From positions 1 through 64,000 of the forward strand of contig OZ059896.1 of assembly GCA_964057225.1 (NCBI GenBank): DNA of 64,000 nt, given 5' to 3'. The stretch comes from Auanema rhodensis (taxonomy: Eukaryota; Animalia; Nematoda). A program made the translations under genes and the position numbers. Of this stretch, positions 57,901 through 64,000 are shown piece by piece (position 1 is the first letter of the stretch; the number at the start of each line of letters is the position of its first letter). The notes under the pieces are model-generated. The model was not told where the DNA came from and did not search any database. It worked only from the letters and a program-made list of their open reading frames with translations.

Positions 57901-60900
57901 TATCAATAAAAATTTGTTTTTAGACTAATATGGACATGGGGAATCTAATTTTGAAAACCGCATCTCTTTATCTTTCACGTGAAGCGAGTTACATACCAAG
58001 TGCACATCACGTGTACATTTAATTAGCATAAATTAAAGTTCACGTAAATTTCAAAGTCATGGTTACCATGCACCAATATCAATAAAAATTTGTTTTTAGA
58101 CTAATATGGACATGGGGAATCTAATTTTGAAAACCGCATCTCTTTATCTTTCACGTGAAGCGAGTTACATACCAAGTGCACATCACGTGTACATTTAATT
58201 AGCATAAATTAAAGTTCACGTAAATTTCAAAGTCATGGTTACCATGCACCAATATCAATAAAAATTTGTTTTTAGACTAATATGGACATGGGGAATCTAA
58301 TTTTGAAAACCGCATCTCTTTATCTTTCACGTGAAGCGAGTTACATACCAAGTGCACATCACGTGTACATTTAATTAGCATAAATTAAAGTTCACGTAAA
58401 TTTCAAAGTCATGGTTACCATGCACCAATATCAATAAAAATTTGTTTTTAGACTAATATGGACATGGGGAATCTAATTTTGAAAACCGCATCTCTTTATC
58501 TTTCACGTGAAGCGAGTTACATATCAAGTGCACATCACGTGTACATTTAATTAGCATAAATTAAAGTTCACGTAAATTTCAAAGTCATGGTTACCATGCA
58601 CCAATATCAATAAAAATTTGTTTTTAGACTAAAATGGACATGGGGAATCTAATTTTGAAAACCGCATCTCTTTATCTTTCACGTGAAGCGAGTTACATAC
58701 CAAGTGCACATCACGTGTACATTTAATTAGCATAAATTAAAGTTCACGTAAATTTCAAAGTCATGGTTACCATGAACCAATATCAATAAAAATTTGTTTT
58801 TAGACTAATATGGACATGGGGAATCTAATTTTGAAAACCGCATCTCTTTATCTTTCACGTGAAGCGAGTTACATACCAAGTGCACATCACGTGTACATTT
58901 AATTAGCATAAATTAAAGTTCACGTAAATTTCAAAGTCATGGTTACCATGCACCAATATCAATAAAAATTTGTTTTTAGACTAATATGGACATGGGGAAT
59001 CTAATTTTGAAAACCGCATCTCTTTATCTTTCACGTGAAGCGAGTTACATACCAAGTGCACATCACGTGTACATTTAATTAGCATAAATTAAAGTTCACG
59101 TAAATTTCAAAGTCATGGTTACCATGCACCAATATCAATAAAAATTTGTTTTTAGACTAATATGGACATGGGGAATCCAATTTTGAAAACCGCATCTCTT
59201 TATCTTTCACGTGAAGCGAGTTACATACCAAGTGCACATCACGTGTACATTTAATTAGCATAAATTAAAGTTCACGTAAATTTCAAAGTCATGGTTACCA
59301 TGCGCCAATATCAATAAAAATTTGTTTTTAGACTAATATGTACATGGGAAATCTTATTTTGAAAACCGCATCTCTTTATCTTTCACGTGAAGCGAGTTAC
59401 ATACCAAGTGCACATCACGTGTACATTTAATTAGCATAAATTAAAGTTCACGTAAATTTCAAAGTCATGGTTACCATGCACCAATATCAATAAAAATTTG
59501 TTTTTAGACTAATATGGACATGGGGAATCTAATTTTGAAAACCGCATCTCTTTATCTTTCACGTGAAGCGAGTTACATACCAAGTGCACATCACGTGTAC
59601 ATTTAATTAGCATAAATTAAAGTTCACGTAAATTTCAAAGTCATGGTTACCATGCACCAATATCAATAAAAATTTGTTTTTAGACTAATATGGACATGAG
59701 GAATCTAATTTTGAAAACCGCATCTCTTTATCTTTCACGTGAAGCGAGTTACATACCAAGTGCACATCACGTGTACATTTAATTAGCATAAATTAAAGTT
59801 CACGTAAATTTCAAAGTCATGGTTACCATGCACCAATATCAATAAAAATTTGTTTTTAGACTAATATGGACATGGGGAATCTAATTTTGAAAACCGCATC
59901 TCTTTATCTTTCACGTGAAGCGAGTTACATACCAAGTGCACATCACGTGTACATTTAATTAGCATAAATTAAAGTTCACGTAAATTTCAAAGTCATGGTT
60001 ACCATGAACCAATATCAAAAAAATTTGTTTTTAGACTAATATGGACATGGGGAATCTAATTTTGAAAACCGCATCTCTTTATCTTTCACGTGAAGCGAGT
60101 TACATACCAAGTGCACATCACGTGTACATTTAATTAGCATAAATTAAAGTTCACGTAAATTTCAAAGTCATGGTTACCATGAACCAATATCGATAAAATT
60201 TTGTTTTTAGACTAATATGGACATGGGGAATCTAATATTGAAAACCGCATCTCTTTATCTTTCACGTGAAGCGAGTTACATACCAAGTGCACATCACGTG
60301 TACATTTAATTAGCATAAATTAAAGTTCACGTAAAATTCAAAGTCATGGTTACCATGCACCAATATCAATCAAAATTTGTTTTTAGACTAATATGGACAT
60401 GGGGAATCTAATTTTGAAAACCGCATCTCTTCATCTTTCACGTGAAGCGAGGTACATACCAAGTGCACATCACGTGTACATTTAATTAGCATAAATTAAA
60501 GTTCACGTAAATTTCAAAGTCATGGTTACCATGCACCAATATCAATAAAAATTTGTTTTTAGACTAATATGGACATGGGGAATCTAATTTTGAAAACCGC
60601 ATCTCTTTATCTTTCACGTGAAGCGAGTTACATACCAAGTGCACATCACGTGTACATTTAATTAGCATAAATTAAAGTTCACGTGAATTTCAAAGTCATG
60701 GTTACCATGAACCAATATCAATAAAAATTTGTTTTTAGACTAATATGGACATGGGGAATCTAATTTTGAAAACCGCATCTCTTTATCTTTCACGTGAAGC
60801 GAGTTACATACCAAGTGCACATCACGTGTACATTTAATTAGCATAAATTAAAGTTCACGTAAATTTCAAAGTCATGGTTACCATGCACCAATATCAATAA

Positions 60901-62900
60901 AAATTTGTTTTTAGACTAATATGGACATGGGGAATCTAATTTTGAAAACCGCATCTCTTTAGCTTTCACGTGAAGCGAGTTACATACCAAGTGCACATCA
61001 CGTGTACATTTAATTAGCATAAATTAAAGTTCACGTAAATTTCAAAGTCATGGTTACCATGAACCAATATCAATAAAAATTTGTTTTTAGACTAATATGG
61101 ACATGGGGAATCTAATATTGAAAACCGCATCTCTTTATCTTTCACGTGAAGCGAGTTACATACCAAGTGCACATCACGTGTACATTTAATTAGCATAAAT
61201 TAAAGTTCACGTAAAATTCAAAGTCATGGTTACCATGCACCAATATCAATAAAAATTTGTTTTTAGACTAATATGGACATGGGGAATCTAATTTTGAAAA
61301 CCGCATCTCTTTATCTTTCACGTGAAGCGAGTTACATGCCAAGTGCACATCACGTGTACATTTAATTAGCATAAATTAAAGTTCACGTAAATTTCAAAGT
61401 CATGGTTACCATGAAGCAATATCAATAAAAATTTGTTTTTAGACTAATATGGACATGGGGAATCTAATTTTGAAAACCGCATCTCTTTATCTTTCACGTG
61501 AAGCGAGTTACATACCAAGTGCACATCACGTGTACATTTAATTAGCATTAATTAAAGTTCACGTAAATTTCAAAGTCATGGTTACCATGAACCAATATTA
61601 ATAAAAATTTGTTTTTAGACTAATATGGACATGGGGAATCTAATTTTGAAAACCGCATCTCTTTATCTTTCACGTGAAGCGAGTTACATACCAAGTGCAC
61701 ATCACGTGTACATTTAATTAGCATAAATTAAAGTTCACGTAAATTTCAAAGTCATGGTTACCATGCACCAATATCAATAAAAATTTGTTTTTAGACTAAT
61801 ATGGACATGAGGAATCTAATTTTGAAAACCGCATCTCTTTATCTTTCACGTGAAGCGAGTTACATACCAAGTGCACATCACGTGTACATTTAATTAGCAT
61901 AAATTAAAGTTCACGTAAATTTCAAAGTCATGGTTACCATGCACCAATATCAATAAAAATTTGTTTTTAGACTAATATGGACATGGGGAATCTAATTTTG
62001 AAAACCGCATCTCTTTATCTTTCACGTGAAGCGAGTTACATACCAAGTGCACATCAAGTGTACATTTAATTAGCATAAATTAAAGTTCACGTAAATTTCA
62101 AAGTCATGGTTACCATGAACCAATATCAATAAAAATTTGTTTTTAGACTAATATGGACATGGGAAATCTAATTTTGAAAACCGCATCTCTTTATCTTTCA
62201 CTTGAAGCGAGTTACATACCAAGTGCACATCACGTATACATTTAATTAGCATAAATTAAAGTTCACGTAAATTTCAAAGTCATGGTTACCATGAACCAAT
62301 ATCAATAAAAATTTGTTTTTAGACTAATATGGACATGGGGAATCTAATTTTGAAAACCGCATCTCTTTATCTTTCACGTGAAGCGAGTTACATACCAAGA
62401 GCACATCACGTGTACATTTAATTAGCATAAATTAAAGTTCACGTAAATTTCAAAGTCATGGTTACCATGCACCAATATCAATAAAAATTTGTTTTTAGAC
62501 TAATATGGACATGGGGAATCTAATTTTGAAAACCGCATCTCTTTATCTTTCACGTGAAGCGAGTTACATACCAAGTGCACATCACGTGTACATTTAATTA
62601 GCATAAATTAAAGTTCACGTAAATTTCAAAGTCATGGTTACCATGAACCAATATCAATAAAAATTTGTTTTTAGACTAATATGGACATGGGGAATCTAAT
62701 TTCGAAAACCGCATCTCTTTATCTTTCACGTGAAGCGAGTTACATACCAAGTGCACATCACGTGTACATTTAATTAGCATAAATTAAAGTTCACGTAAAT
62801 TTCAAAGTCATGGTTACCATGCACCAATATCAATAAAAATTTGTTTTTAGACTAATATGGACATGAGGAATCTAATTTTGAAAACCGCATCTCTTTATCT
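54980..62900 (+). repeat. Duplication at 31-monomer (5455-bp) offset
   Basis: GAGGTAC 54997/60452; ATGCCAAG 55883/61338; GAAGCAAT 55961/61416; CACTTG 56747/62202; CACGTATAC 56781/62236; CAAGAGC 56945/62400. Confidence 0.88.
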
Positions 62901-64000
62901 TTCACGTGAAGCGAGTTACATACCAAGTGCACATCACGTGTACATTTAATTAGCATAAATTAAAGTTCACGTAAATTTCAAAGTCATGGTTACCATGAAC
63001 CAATATCAATAAAAATTTGTTTTTAGACTAATATGGACATGGGGAATCTAATTTTGAAAACCGCATCTCTTTATCTTTCACGTGAAGCGAGTTACATACC
63101 AAGAGCACATCACGTGTACATTTAATTAGCATAAATTAAAGTTCACGTAAATTTCAAAGTCATGGTTACCATGCACCAATATCAATAAAAATTTGTTTTT
63201 AGACTAATATGGACATGGGGAATCTAATTTTGAAAACCGCATCTCTTTATCTTTCACGTGAAGCGAGTTACATACCAAGTGCACATCACGTGTACATTTA
63301 ATTAGCATAAATTAAAGTTCACGTAAATTTCAAAGTCATGGTTACCATGAACCAATATCAATAAAAATTTGTTTTTAGACTAATATGGACATGGGGAATC
63401 TAATTTCGAAAACCGCATCTCTTTATCTTTCACGTGAAGCGAGTTACATACCAAGTGCACATCACGTGTACATTTAATTAGCATAAATTAAAGTTCACGT
63501 AAATTTCAAAGTCATGGTTACCATGCACCAATATCAATAAAAATTTGTTTTTAGACTAATATGGACATGAGGAATCTAATTTTGAAAACCGCATCTCTTT
63601 ATCTTTCACGTGAAGCGAGTTACATACCAAGTGCACATCACGTGTACATTTAATTAGCATAAATTAAAGTTCACGTAAATTTCAAAGTCATGGTTACCAT
63701 GCACCAATATCAATAAAAATTTGTTTTTAGACTAATATGGACATGGGGAATCTAATTTTGAAAACCGCATCTCTTTATCTTTCACGTGAAGCGAGTTACA
63801 TACCAAGTGCACATCAAGTGTACATTTAATTAGCATAAATTAAAGTTCACGTAAATTTCAAAGTCATGGTTACCATGAACCAATATCAATAAAAATTTGT
63901 TTTTAGACTAATATGGACATGGGAAATCTAATTTTGAAAACCGCATCTCTTTATCTTTCACTTGAAGCGAGTTACATACCAAGTGCACATCACGTATACA

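Larger units (their letters stand above)
1..64000. repeat. 176-bp tandem satellite DNA array, probably centromeric or pericentromeric; runs off both window ends
   Basis: CTTTCACGTG recurs at 198, 374, 550, 726 and onward (period 176), with the last start at 63955. 64000 - 12x21 + 10 = 362x176 + 46, matching the 46-bp terminal partial monomer. GC is 57/176. The repeat call is direct; the centromeric role is inferred. Confidence 0.99.

Noticed and set aside
1-64000. Protein-coding repeats or ORFs
   Set aside because: 176 is not a multiple of 3, and TAA/TAG/TGA (and TTA/CTA/TCA for the minus strand) are frequent in each monomer; only very short ATG-initiated frames exist.
1-64000. CRISPR array
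   Set aside because: There are no unique spacers; the entire 176-bp unit is repeated, and no cas genes are present.
1-64000. Hidden insertion, transposon or strand inversion
   Set aside because: Length accounting closes exactly with 362 monomers plus 46 bp, and all monomers read in the same orientation.

Overview
The whole window is one uninterrupted, head-to-tail, single-orientation tandem satellite array of a 176-bp monomer (~32% GC). Consensus, numbered 1-176 from window position 198: CTTTCACGTGAAGCGAGTTACATACCAAGTGCACATCACGTGTACATTTAATTAGCATAAATTAAAGTTCACGTAAATTTCAAAGTCATGGTTACCATG(C/A)ACCAATATCAATAAAAATTTGTTTTTAGACTAATATGGACATGGGGAATCTAATTTTGAAAACCGCATCTCTTTAT. The lengths add up exactly: 362 complete monomers plus 46 bp, including twelve 21-bp internal duplications (197-bp monomers) and ten 1-bp deletions, so there is no room for an inserted gene or mobile element. 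Monomers differ from consensus at only about 0-4 positions. Nucleosome-scale length, AT richness, homogeneity and dense dyad symmetry suggest a eukaryotic centromeric or pericentromeric satellite; I cannot assign the family or species. Diagnostic SNPs reveal nested duplications from 3 to about 96 monomers and three regional sub-families. The most striking observation is that many recurrent variants perfect or extend short inverted repeats in the monomer, which suggests quasi-palindrome (template-switch) mutagenesis or selection for dyad symmetry. All counts were made by eye.
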